From a virus (Duplodnaviria > Caudoviricetes), in IMG/VR virus record IMGVR_UViG_3300022542_000851, positions 1 to 57,275 of that record: 57,275 nucleotides of DNA; one strand, 5' to 3'. Position numbers and translations under genes: made by a program. Below, in pieces: positions 7,800 through 15,739 of this stretch. How positions within the stretch are numbered: the first letter of the stretch is position 1; each line of letters begins with the position of its first letter. The notes beneath the pieces are model-generated. The model was given only the letters and a program-made list of their open reading frames with translations. It did not search any database and had not been told where the DNA came from.

Positions 7800-8983
7800 C
7801 CCTTCCGTCCTTTCCTGCCTGCCGCGAAACTGGCAACCTTCTGCGCGCTCGGCTCCGGTAGCTCGGTCACTCGGTCGGCGATCCGTTGCTTGAATTGCTG
7901 GTCGGCCTTCACGTACCGGCGTATCATCGCCGGCTTCGACCAGCGGCCGCCGACCATAAGCTCGATCTCGGTCGCGCCGCTCTCCGCCATGCTCGTGGCC
8001 CAGCTGTGCCTGCCGACGATGTGCGAGGTAGGTGTCCGGCGCTCCTGCGTCCGCGGGTCGACGATGTACACACCGGCGCGCTTGCCGGCGTGCCGCAGCT
8101 GGCGCGCGGGATCGGCCTGGTGCTTCGTGCGGTCGTCACGCCCCGGGAACACCCAAGGCGACCGACGCTGCCGAGCTCGCCGAATCTGCTTCTTGAGGAT
8201 CGCCACCGCCGGCGGCGGGAGCGCCACCTCTTCCCGCTTCGCTGTCTTCGTCATCCGCAGCACGGCGGACCGGCCTACCAGGTCGACGTCTTCGACCAGG
8301 AGCTGCAGCGCCTCAGACAGCCGCCACCCGGTATACCAGAGCACGTCCCAGATGTGCCGGGTCTGTGCGCTCCGGATGTTCTCGCGGATCAGTAAGTACT
8401 GGCTCTCGGTGATGGCCTCGGGCTCGCCACGGTCGTCAGCGATGCTCGGGATGAGGAACGGGCCGGGTAGCGCGCCGGTCGTCACCAGCCGATGGCCGAG
8501 CTTCTTGAGGTAGCTGAGCACCGACCGCGCGGTGTTCGGCGCCAGCGTCTCCAGGAGCTGCGCCGCGAACGCCTCGATCATCTCGGGGTGGTGCCCGAGG
8601 TCGGCCGCCGGACGGTCCGCGCCGAAGTACGCCAGGATCCGCTGCGCTGCGTCCGCGTAGATCTTCCGGGTCTTCGGAGCGTGCGGCATCCCGCGCCGGC
8701 CGCCCCGCTGAGAGCCGCTCACGCGGTCTCTGGCTGCGAGCTGCTCGAACGCGCCCTCCAGTGTCAGCCGGCCAGGCTTGCGCTCCTGCCAGGTCGCGTA
8801 GGCCTTCGTTGGCCCGTCCTGGAGGGCGATCGACATCAGCCGGTCAACAAGCTCCTCGGCTTTCGGCACGGATCCCACGGTGTGCATCACCTCGCGGGAC
8901 CGTCGACCTGCCCACGAAGCGGGGAAGTCGATCTGGATAGTGTCGCCACGCTCGCGAACGCGCGGGCGGTGAGGGGGTCGCAC
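7796..8983 (-). CDS. int: Tyrosine recombinase/integrase
   Basis: YTGWRLSEAL (R), KTAK (K), HIVGRHSWAT (H..R), GRWS, RRY (Y). Confidence 0.93.
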   Translation of the reverse strand: MRPPHRPRVRERGDTIQIDFPASWAGRRSREVMHTVGSVPKAEELVDRLMSIALQDGPTKAYATWQERKPGRLTLEGAFEQLAARDRVSGSQRGGRRGMPHAPKTRKIYADAAQRILAYFGADRPAADLGHHPEMIEAFAAQLLETLAPNTARSVLSYLKKLGHRLVTTGALPGPFLIPSIADDRGEPEAITESQYLLIRENIRSAQTRHIWDVLWYTGWRLSEALQLLVEDVDLVGRSAVLRMTKTAKREEVALPPPAVAILKKQIRRARQRRSPWVFPGRDDRTKHQADPARQLRHAGKRAGVYIVDPRTQERRTPTSHIVGRHSWATSMAESGATEIELMVGGRWSKPAMIRRYVKADQQFKQRIADRVTELPEPSAQKVASFAAGRKGRKG

Positions 8984-9151
8984 AGCTCAGCCCTCGGGCC
9001 GGGGAGCTCTGCGCCGTCTCGCGGTCGCGGTCCCGGGCCGTCGGGGCGAGCCAGCCCCGCGGTGATGGTGCATGCCAACGCCTGGCGGTTGGGTCGTCGG
9101 TCGCTTGCGCAGTCGCGGGTCCCGTCGGTCAGCGTCCTCATGACGCTGCGG

Positions 9152-9181
9152 ATCGTACGCTCGGCGCCGAACCCCTGTCAA
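9152..9181 (-). promoter_or_regulatory. Promoter upstream of the integrase
   Basis: TTGACA-18 bp-TACGAT. Confidence 0.7.
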
Positions 9182-9185
9182 GCCC

Positions 9186-9389
9186 CTAAGGGGCCCCTGT
9201 CAGGGCGCTCTGCTCGGCCAGTACCGCGTCCGCCGCTTCAAGGGCCGCGGCGCGCATAAACTGCGCCAGGGTGGTGTGTTTCCGCTCTGCGGCCTGGCGC
9301 AGCTTTGCCTTCTCCCCGTCAGTCAGGGTGACCGGCTGCTTTTTGCGCAACTCACGTCTCTCGGTCTTCGTCTCGTCCATCTTGGTCAC
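9186..9389 (-). CDS. Ribbon-helix-helix regulator (Cro-position gene)
   Basis: QPVTLTDGEKAKLRQAAERKHTTLAQFMRAAALEAA. Confidence 0.75.
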   Translation of the reverse strand: MTKMDETKTERRELRKKQPVTLTDGEKAKLRQAAERKHTTLAQFMRAAALEAADAVLAEQSALTGAP

Positions 9390-9535
9390 TCCAATGGTAC
9401 AGCTTGACGCCCAACCGTATCGCGCCCTTCCCCTGATCTACCCCCGAGGGGTGCAGCGGGGTGTCCCGGAGGCGCTTCTTTGGCGCCCCTCAGCAAGTGA
9501 ATTATGCACCGCGCGCACCGGTTGCGCAAGGATTC

Positions 9536-9597
9536 CGTACAGTCCAACTGTACGACTTGACAGAAATCTGTACAGTTTCACTGAAACTGTATACAAT
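9536..9597. promoter_or_regulatory. Operator cluster in the divergent control region
   Basis: Inverted repeats CGTACAGT-cca-ACTGTACG and TACAGTTTCA-c-TGAAACTGTA; TTGACA at 9557. Confidence 0.65.
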
Positions 9598-10651
9598 GAT
9601 CCGCATGCCAGGACCGAAGGCTCCGGCGAGGTGGCCGATCAACGCGCTGCTGCGCCGGCCGCTGCATGGGCGCAAGCGCCCGCCGTCGGTCGGGGAGGCG
9701 AGAACTGCCCTCGGAGTCTCGAGCAACGCCACCGCCTCCCTGTGGATGTCAACAGGGCTCCCGCCGGCGGACAAGCTCGCGACCATCGTCCGCGAGTGGG
9801 GTCTCGGCAAGGCAGAGGTCGACCGCGCCTGGCTGGAGTCGGTGGCGGCTTCCCAGGGGATTAAGCTCGGCAACCTGCCGCAGTCGCCGGAATCGACCTG
9901 GCTGTTCCACGCGGCCGACTGCCCGGTCCGCATCGCCCGCGGCGCGATCTCGTTCGAGGTCAAGGCCAGCGCCGACGGCGTGTCGGGCGACCTGTCGATC
10001 GTTCGCGCTTACGACGGCATCTCGGCCCCGGCCCCGGTCAGCGAGCTCCACTTCCGTGAGCTCGCCCGCGACGGGAACGGGACTGGCCACAGCCCTGCGC
10101 TCAACCTCATCCGGGAGCCGCCCGGGGTGACGTGCTCTACCTCGACGGCGACCGCGAACGGCTGGCACGAGCACACGGTGAGGTTCGATCCGCAGTGGTC
10201 GGGCGGCGAGGACGTCGGCCTCGAGACGAGCGTCATCATCCCGCGGGCGTTCCCGGCGCACGAGCGGCAGCAGCCGCTCCAAGACCAGCGGCCGGCCGTC
10301 ACGGTCCCGCCGCGCGGCTCGGTGCCCTACCACGTCCGGCACGCCTTCGAGCGGCTCGAGCTGACCTACCGGTTCCTCGACACGTTCACCATGGCGGACG
10401 TGGAGCCGATCTGCTGGCACGGCGACGCGCCGGCCAGCGACCAAAATCTACCGATTCGCGCCTGTCGGCACGAGGTCATCGTCGACCCCGGCGGCGCTTC
10501 AGCCACACTTGAACTCGAAAGGCCGGTACCGGGGTATTCCTTCGGGCTGAGCTGGACACCGAAGCCCGTAAAGGAGAAACGAAGTGCGGAGACTGATGAC
10601 CCTGGCGATGATGAGCCTACTGAGCTCTATAACCGTGGCCGAAGCCTGTAA
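9596..10651 (+). CDS. Putative repressor: HTH-like N-terminus plus beta-rich C-terminal domain
   Basis: VGEARTALGVSSNATASLWMSTGLPP HTH-like segment; divergent from int/RHH. Confidence 0.55.
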   Translation: MIRMPGPKAPARWPINALLRRPLHGRKRPPSVGEARTALGVSSNATASLWMSTGLPPADKLATIVREWGLGKAEVDRAWLESVAASQGIKLGNLPQSPESTWLFHAADCPVRIARGAISFEVKASADGVSGDLSIVRAYDGISAPAPVSELHFRELARDGNGTGHSPALNLIREPPGVTCSTSTATANGWHEHTVRFDPQWSGGEDVGLETSVIIPRAFPAHERQQPLQDQRPAVTVPPRGSVPYHVRHAFERLELTYRFLDTFTMADVEPICWHGDAPASDQNLPIRACRHEVIVDPGGASATLELERPVPGYSFGLSWTPKPVKEKRSAETDDPGDDEPTELYNRGRSL

Positions 10652-10961
10652 CCTGGCCGACGTCTGCGACGACACCTCGGCGTCCTTTTCCGGGATGGTG
10701 ATCGTCGACGGCCTCGTCGAGGTCGGGTGGTCCTCGGACGACGAGGGCTCGGTGATGGGGTACGTGCTCGAGCGCTGCTACTCCGGGTCCTGCGCCTGGG
10801 TCGCGACCGTGGCCGCCGCCGGCAGCTGCGGAACGTCGCACGCGTATGAGCTCGTCGACGAAGCGCCGAACGGCTTTACTCCCGACGCGTATCGGCTCTC
10901 CGTGATGCGGGTCGACGGTCTGACGGTGTGCCCGGTCGAGACGGTGCCGCAGTCCCCGTGA
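10596..10961 (+). CDS. Predicted secreted Cys-containing beta-sandwich protein
   Basis: Signal-peptide-like LAMMSLLSSITVAEA; FN3-like W...GYVLER...YRLSV pattern. Confidence 0.55.
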   Translation: MTLAMMSLLSSITVAEACNLADVCDDTSASFSGMVIVDGLVEVGWSSDDEGSVMGYVLERCYSGSCAWVATVAAAGSCGTSHAYELVDEAPNGFTPDAYRLSVMRVDGLTVCPVETVPQSP

Positions 10962-11139
10962 CGCGTCGCGAGGTCGCCTGGTTGGCGGCGATCGTCGTCC
11001 TCGGCGGCGCTCTGTTCTGGATCGCACTCCAGCCTCTTCGTGCGACGCAGGATGAGCCGTGGATCGCGCCGCCTGGAAGTCAAGTTCCGCGGTAGAACCC
11101 GCGGGAGGCTCCTTGACAGGGGAGCTTCACTACACCTAT

Positions 11140-11179
11140 GGCGGCCGGGTTTACACACGACGCCCGGCCGCCGTTTTTT
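11140..11179 (+). terminator. Intrinsic terminator immediately before the RHH start codon
   Basis: GGCGGCCGGG...CCCGGCCGCCG followed by T6. Confidence 0.65.
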
Positions 11180-11180
11180 C

Positions 11181-11378
11181 ATGGCGAAGAAGGCGCGCAG
11201 ATTCGTCGGCAGCTACGCGGCCGTCACGGTCGAGATGCTCGCCCCCGACAAGGAACGGCTCCGAGCCGCCGCGACCAGCGCGGGGTTCCGGTCGCTAGCC
11301 GACTGGTGCCGCGGGGCGCTCGCCGACGCAGCGGACGAGGAGCTCGGCGAGGATTACGAGGAAACGGCCCCCGACTGA
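11181..11378 (+). CDS. Ribbon-helix-helix protein
   Basis: VTVEMLAPDKERLRAAATSAGFRSLADWCRGAL. Confidence 0.7.
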   Translation: MAKKARRFVGSYAAVTVEMLAPDKERLRAAATSAGFRSLADWCRGALADAADEELGEDYEETAPD

Positions 11379-11453
11379 GCCGGGGGCCGCAGCGCCTTCG
11401 GAAGACAGAGGTCGATACCGAGCCTGGTGCGGGATGGGGGCCCCGCGGTGACC

Positions 11454-11696
11454 TCAGTCTACCACGCGCGCCGTGACCACGATCGGCACCGGCGGGTGAC
11501 CCCACTGCGCGCCGTCCTCACTCACCGTCAAGACGAGAGCGCCGTCGACGATCTCGCAGCCGAGCTCGTCCCCTCGCGTCCACCCTGGAGATGTGACGGC
11601 CACCTCGCCGCTCAGCAGTCTGCCGAGGTCGCCCGCCGACAAGATGTGACGCCTGATGTTCGGGCGTCCGGACGGAGGCCGCTCCGGGCCGGTCAC
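11454..11696 (-). CDS. Hypothetical protein
   Basis: GTGA-coupled last gene of the late operon. Confidence 0.55.
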   Translation of the reverse strand: MTGPERPPSGRPNIRRHILSAGDLGRLLSGEVAVTSPGWTRGDELGCEIVDGALVLTVSEDGAQWGHPPVPIVVTARVVD

Positions 11697-11812
11697 AGGC
11701 TGGCCCAGGTGAGGCCAGCGCGGAAGACGACGAGGCCGGCGAGGAGAAGGAGCATCGGCGGTCCGAGGACGATGCCGGCGGCCAGGGATACCACCACCTC
11801 AGTGGCGGTCAT
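11693..11812 (-). CDS. Small single-TM membrane peptide
   Basis: MTATEVVVSLAAGIVLGPPMLLLLAGLVV; coupled on both sides. Confidence 0.5.
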   Translation of the reverse strand: MTATEVVVSLAAGIVLGPPMLLLLAGLVVFRAGLTWASL

Positions 11813-12363
11813 GACTGGAGGTCGCAGGTCGGCTGTCCGTCGCAGCCCACGGGAGGGGCAAGGACGTTCCCGACCGGTAGCTCGAGGGTCGCGGTGAACG
11901 AGTCCTGACTACCATTCGGCTCGGGGTCATGGACGTATCCAGCCGCAACCGGGCCGGGACTGCATCGCTTCCCGAGCCTGCTCGAGGTGGCGCACACGTA
12001 GGCGAGCCCCGACCAGCCGCCGCAAGTGATGGTCGACACCTGCGCGGTACAAGCGAGCGCCGTGACGACGGGAGTCTGGTCGCCGCCCGTGCCGCAAGAG
12101 CCCCCGCAGGACTGGCATGCCCCGTCGGAGCAAGAGCCCGCGCACCCGCATTCCTTCTCGACCTTGGCCTCTCCGCCCTCGCCCGTATTCGTCAGGTCGA
12201 TAGCCTGGCAGCCGGCCACAGCGTACAACAGGAAGGCCAGAGCGAAAGCCAGTGCCGCCCTGCTGGCCTTAGCGAGTCGAGCCTCGGCTCGCTGTGCCCG
12301 CTCGCAAGAGAGTCTGCGCTCGACTCGCTGCATCCGCTCGAGACCTCCGATGCCGTCTATCAT
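11809..12363 (-). CDS. Cys-rich lipoprotein-like protein
   Basis: Hydrophobic stretch ending VAGC; many Cys. Confidence 0.6.
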   Translation of the reverse strand: MIDGIGGLERMQRVERRLSCERAQRAEARLAKASRAALAFALAFLLYAVAGCQAIDLTNTGEGGEAKVEKECGCAGSCSDGACQSCGGSCGTGGDQTPVVTALACTAQVSTITCGGWSGLAYVCATSSRLGKRCSPGPVAAGYVHDPEPNGSQDSFTATLELPVGNVLAPPVGCDGQPTCDLQS

Positions 12364-12584
12364 TCGCTCGCTCCTGCTCTCGCCGGCGCGGCGAAAACGT
12401 GCGCCATGATGGCGTCGGCCGCTAGTTGCGATCGGGAGTGCTCTAACCCGTGGTCGGAAATCTGCACTGCGACGTTGGCGTGGTAACCGATCCACAGGTC
12501 GCGATTGCGCCGGAGAGACCGACAGACCCACCACCGAGCCAGAGCGAACGGGATAGCGGAGAGGTTCTGCAGGCGTCGTCTCAT
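12360..12584 (-). CDS. Hypothetical protein
   Basis: Bounded by junction repeats. Confidence 0.5.
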   Translation of the reverse strand: MRRRLQNLSAIPFALARWWVCRSLRRNRDLWIGYHANVAVQISDHGLEHSRSQLAADAIMAHVFAAPARAGASE

Positions 12585-12865
12585 TCGCTCGCTCCCGTGC
12601 TCTTCGGCGCCTGCTGGTCGGGTTCGGACAACGGCGCGGGCAACCCACCCGGGATCCCGGCGGCCCATTCGTCTTCCGTGATCTCGGTGTAGCCCACCGC
12701 CGAATCGGCATCGCGGCCGACGGGCTGCAGATTGCTCTCGCCGGTCTCGGCGAGCAGTGGATCCGCCCACCAGTACGAGCCGTTACCCTCAGCCAGAACG
12801 TGGAGAAGCTTGCCGCCGCTGTGCCGGTAATACCGCCCGATCTTGAACATCAGCTTTTCACTCAC
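12581..12865 (-). CDS. Hypothetical protein
   Basis: FKIGRYYRHSGG beta-rich small domain. Confidence 0.6.
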   Translation of the reverse strand: MSEKLMFKIGRYYRHSGGKLLHVLAEGNGSYWWADPLLAETGESNLQPVGRDADSAVGYTEITEDEWAAGIPGGLPAPLSEPDQQAPKSTGASE

Positions 12866-12874
12866 AGGCTCGCC

Positions 12875-13183
12875 TCATTCACTCGCTCCTGTTCTCGCCG
12901 GCTCGATCACCCGCAAGTCGACCCACATTGCCTGCCAGCACGTCACCCGCTTGCCGGTCAGCTCGGTATACGTCTTCGCTTCCATGAAACTGCCGCCGAC
13001 CCATACGCAGCCGCAGCCGAGCAGGAACACGGCGACGATGCCGCTCAGGGCGAGCGTTTCCGACGAGACCTGCAGGCCGCCGCCCCTGCGCCAGCTGCGT
13101 CTCGCCTTCTCGGCGCACGCACCGAGAATGAACAGGACGGCGATGGTGGCCCAGATACAAATCGCATACCCATCTCGACTCAA
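12875..13183 (-). CDS. Two-TM membrane protein
   Basis: Two hydrophobic helices; start uncertain. Confidence 0.55.
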   Translation of the reverse strand: MSRDGYAICIWATIAVLFILGACAEKARRSWRRGGGLQVSSETLALSGIVAVFLLGCGCVWVGGSFMEAKTYTELTGKRVTCWQAMWVDLRVIEPARTGASE

Positions 13184-13716
13184 TCTCCCGCCCCCTCTCG
13201 GTACAGCTCGGCCTGCCACAGTAGCCAGGCTCGGTCCGTTCCGTTTGACTCCGCCCGGGCTATCGCGATCCGCTTCGACTGCTGCCACGTCGGCGGAGTG
13301 AGCGTCGAGGCGATCCCCGGAACCCCGCCGCCGCTCAGCAGCCGGCCAATGCCCGCCCAGAAGTCCGGGTCGGATGCGAGCTTCCCCAGCTCGGCGATGA
13401 CCGGCGGCAGAGCCTGCACCACCTCGAGCCCGCGCGCCGAGCTCGCAGCGGTCACCTCCTTAGTGCCGTCCAGAGCGGTCGTGGTCGTCGTGCCGGCGCG
13501 CCCGAGTGTGATACCTTCGACGTCGACCGCACCCCACAGGGCGCGCCCACGGTTGACGGTGCAGCCGCCGCCGGCGAGCACGAGCACGAGCGATCCGAGG
13601 ATCCAGCGCCAGAACCGCGTCCGCCATGTCAGCGATCCGCAGACCTCATCCACCGAGGCCCACGTCAACCGCGCTTTGATCCGGGCCCAACCTCTAATCT
13701 CTTTCGGTATCGGCAT
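13180..13716 (-). CDS. Membrane/lipoprotein-like protein
   Basis: WILGSLVLVLAGGGC segment. Confidence 0.6.
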   Translation of the reverse strand: MPIPKEIRGWARIKARLTWASVDEVCGSLTWRTRFWRWILGSLVLVLAGGGCTVNRGRALWGAVDVEGITLGRAGTTTTTALDGTKEVTAASSARGLEVVQALPPVIAELGKLASDPDFWAGIGRLLSGGGVPGIASTLTPPTWQQSKRIAIARAESNGTDRAWLLWQAELYREGAGD

Positions 13717-13910
13717 CAGGGCGCCGGCTTTCCGACCGGCCAGGCGAGCGCCGCGACATAGGCCGTGGCGACGACGAGAGCGACCAGCCCCGGGACACCC
13801 TGCCACCACCAGGCGAGCCCAGCGAGCACCAGGAGCGCCAGCGGGACCAGCGCGGCCAGGAAGGCCGGGCGGCCGTCGCGGCGGAGTCTGGAGAGACGTG
13901 GCGCGGTCAC
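13716..13910 (-). CDS. Two-TM small membrane protein (holin candidate)
   Basis: 64 aa, two TM helices, charged termini. Confidence 0.5.
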   Translation of the reverse strand: MTAPRLSRLRRDGRPAFLAALVPLALLVLAGLAWWWQGVPGLVALVVATAYVAALAWPVGKPAP

Positions 13911-14113
13911 GGGCGCCCCCTACGCTTCGCGGCGCGCTCCGCAAGGCCGAGCGCGGCGCCGACGATGTACGCCGACCGCGACATCGGCCGTGTCCCGCGC
14001 GGACGCCTTGCGTTCAACGCCGCCACCTCGGCGTCGATGACCGCGAGAGCGGCCGGCGAGATCGACAGGCCGACGCCCCTGGCCCAGGTGCGCTTCCCCC
14101 TCCTCTTCGCCAT
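13907..14113 (-). CDS. Ribbon-helix-helix protein
   Basis: VGLSISPAALAVIDAEV...MSRSAYIVGAAL. Confidence 0.7.
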   Translation of the reverse strand: MAKRRGKRTWARGVGLSISPAALAVIDAEVAALNARRPRGTRPMSRSAYIVGAALGLAERAAKRRGRP

Positions 14114-14121
14114 GTTGCTAA

Positions 14122-14150
14122 ATGATAACGCGTTATCAAGAGGCGATCAA
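14122..14150 (-). promoter_or_regulatory. Near-leaderless promoter with a perfect 16-bp palindromic operator
   Basis: TTGATC-17-TATCAT-8 nt-ATG; TGATAACGCGTTATCA at 14123-14138. Confidence 0.7.
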
Positions 14151-14167
14151 CCCGTCGACGCAGGAGC

Positions 14168-14698
14168 TCACAGCGCCGCCTCGTCGAAGAGCGACACCTG
14201 GCGCGGCCGCGGCTCCCGAACGGGCGTCCCGTTGAGCGGCGTCGTCGGTGCATCGCGGCGGCGGGCACGCCACTCGCGCAGATACGCGTTGAGGCAATCC
14301 CGACAGTAGCCGTGGTAAGTGCCAGCGCGCCGGATGGAGAAGTTACCCAACGGCCTGTACGCTTGGCACCTCCCGCATCGTCGCGTCTCTGTTCCGTCCG
14401 GCTCAATCTGATGGTTCTCGCGTAACCGCTGGTGGTAGTCATCGTGCCACTGCGCAGTGACACACTCCAGATTCTCTAGTCGATTGTCGGCATGATCGTG
14501 GTTGCGATGGTGAATCTCCAAGCCTTCCTGGATCGGGCCATTCGCACGCTCCCATGTCCATCGGCTCTCGAGCTGGTCAAGAATCCGGCGAGACCCGGGC
14601 TCGCGCCAACGTCGATACCATCGGCCCGTTCGCTTGCAGAGTCGTCGCCACGCCGACCATCTCGCGTCAGTCCAGGTGCTAGAGTATTTACTAGCCAT
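14168..14698 (-). CDS. HNH homing endonuclease with C-terminal Zn finger
   Basis: HHRNHDHADNRLENLECVTAQWHDDYH; CGRC...YCRDC. Confidence 0.9.
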   Translation of the reverse strand: MASKYSSTWTDARWSAWRRLCKRTGRWYRRWREPGSRRILDQLESRWTWERANGPIQEGLEIHHRNHDHADNRLENLECVTAQWHDDYHQRLRENHQIEPDGTETRRCGRCQAYRPLGNFSIRRAGTYHGYCRDCLNAYLREWRARRRDAPTTPLNGTPVREPRPRQVSLFDEAAL

Positions 14699-14703
14699 GC
14701 CGC

Positions 14704-14787
14704 AGCCTCCTGTTAGGTTGGGGTGTGGGGAGGGCCGGAGCGATGTTTACAGCATTGCTCCGGCCTGTTTAGTCATTATACCACACA
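14704..14787 (-). promoter_or_regulatory. Extended -10 promoter, hairpin and RBS leader of the HNH gene
   Basis: TGTGGTATAAT; GGCCGGAGC/GCTCCGGCC stem; AGGAGG. Confidence 0.75.
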
Positions 14788-14835
14788 AGACGCTTCCAGC
14801 ACAGACGATCTCGACGCTCATCGCGGCCGCCCCGG

Positions 14836-15411
14836 CTACTCGACCTTCTGCCTGATGACTTCGAGCTTGGCCTCGGCCTTCTCAGCGCGGGCTCGGAACT
14901 CGTCGAGGTCCTTGCGCAGCGATGCCACCACGGCCGCGGCCTCGTCGCGCAGCCGGTCACGCTCTGCGCCGGCCTTCTCCGCAGCAGCCTCGAGCGCGGC
15001 GGCTGCCGCCTTCTCCGCCACGCCCATCGCGAGCTTGTGATTGCTCTCCGCGATGCGGGCCGCGCCCTCGGCGTCGCGGAGCTGCCGGTCGCGGTCCGCG
15101 ATGTGCTCGTCGAGCTTCTTCTGTAGGCGCACGCCGTTGCGCTCCCCGGCGGCGACGGCCTCGGCCAGTGCGCGCGCCGCGTCCTCCGTGGCTCGGACCG
15201 TGGCCGCCTCGCGGACCATCCGGTCTTGCCCCCGCCCGTGCTCGGAGGCTGCTAGCGCCTCGCGGAGCTCGACCAGCTCCCGCTCGTGCTTGTCGGCGAC
15301 GGCCGCCGCTTCTTCCGCTCGCCGGGTACGCTCGCTCTCGAGGCTCTCGACCAGAGCGGCCGCGCTCGATGCGTGGATCTTCGACTGTGCCACAAGGCTA
15401 TCCATGGTCAT
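14836..15411 (-). CDS. Coiled-coil protein
   Basis: Ala/Glu/Arg heptad-rich. Confidence 0.7.
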   Translation of the reverse strand: MTMDSLVAQSKIHASSAAALVESLESERTRRAEEAAAVADKHERELVELREALAASEHGRGQDRMVREAATVRATEDAARALAEAVAAGERNGVRLQKKLDEHIADRDRQLRDAEGAARIAESNHKLAMGVAEKAAAAALEAAAEKAGAERDRLRDEAAAVVASLRKDLDEFRARAEKAEAKLEVIRQKVE

Positions 15412-15739
15412 CTCCTCGGTGCTTCCGTCCTATCAGCGCCGAACATCGGCGCCAAGCTTCCTGAGCGACTGCACGGCCTTGCTCGGCGTCGTCGAGATAC
15501 GTGACGGCCCGCCCGAGAACGTCCCGCGTAAGTCTCAGGAAGCACGGCTCGAAGCCCTCATCGCTGAGCACCGCCAGCAATTCCGAAGGGCAAAGTCCGC
15601 CCCGCTCAGCTAGACGCTCCAGCGTCTGGTAGTGATTCCGCTTCGCCTGCTGGCGATGACGTTCAACGACGAGCCAGGGGACGGACTCGGCTGGTTCGCC
15701 CATCTTCCCGCTCGGGCTCATGACCGGGAACATCGTCAT
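15398..15739 (-). CDS. Hypothetical phage protein
   Basis: VPW...H..QA..NH.QTLERLAERGGL motif; coupled. Confidence 0.65.
   Translation of the reverse strand: MTMFPVMSPSGKMGEPAESVPWLVVERHRQQAKRNHYQTLERLAERGGLCPSELLAVLSDEGFEPCFLRLTRDVLGRAVTYLDDAEQGRAVAQEAWRRCSALIGRKHRGDDHG

Larger units (their letters stand above)
12360..12902. repeat. Three copies of a ~28-bp gene-junction repeat
   Basis: tcattc(g/a)ctcgctcc... at 12360, 12581 and 12875. Confidence 0.85.
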
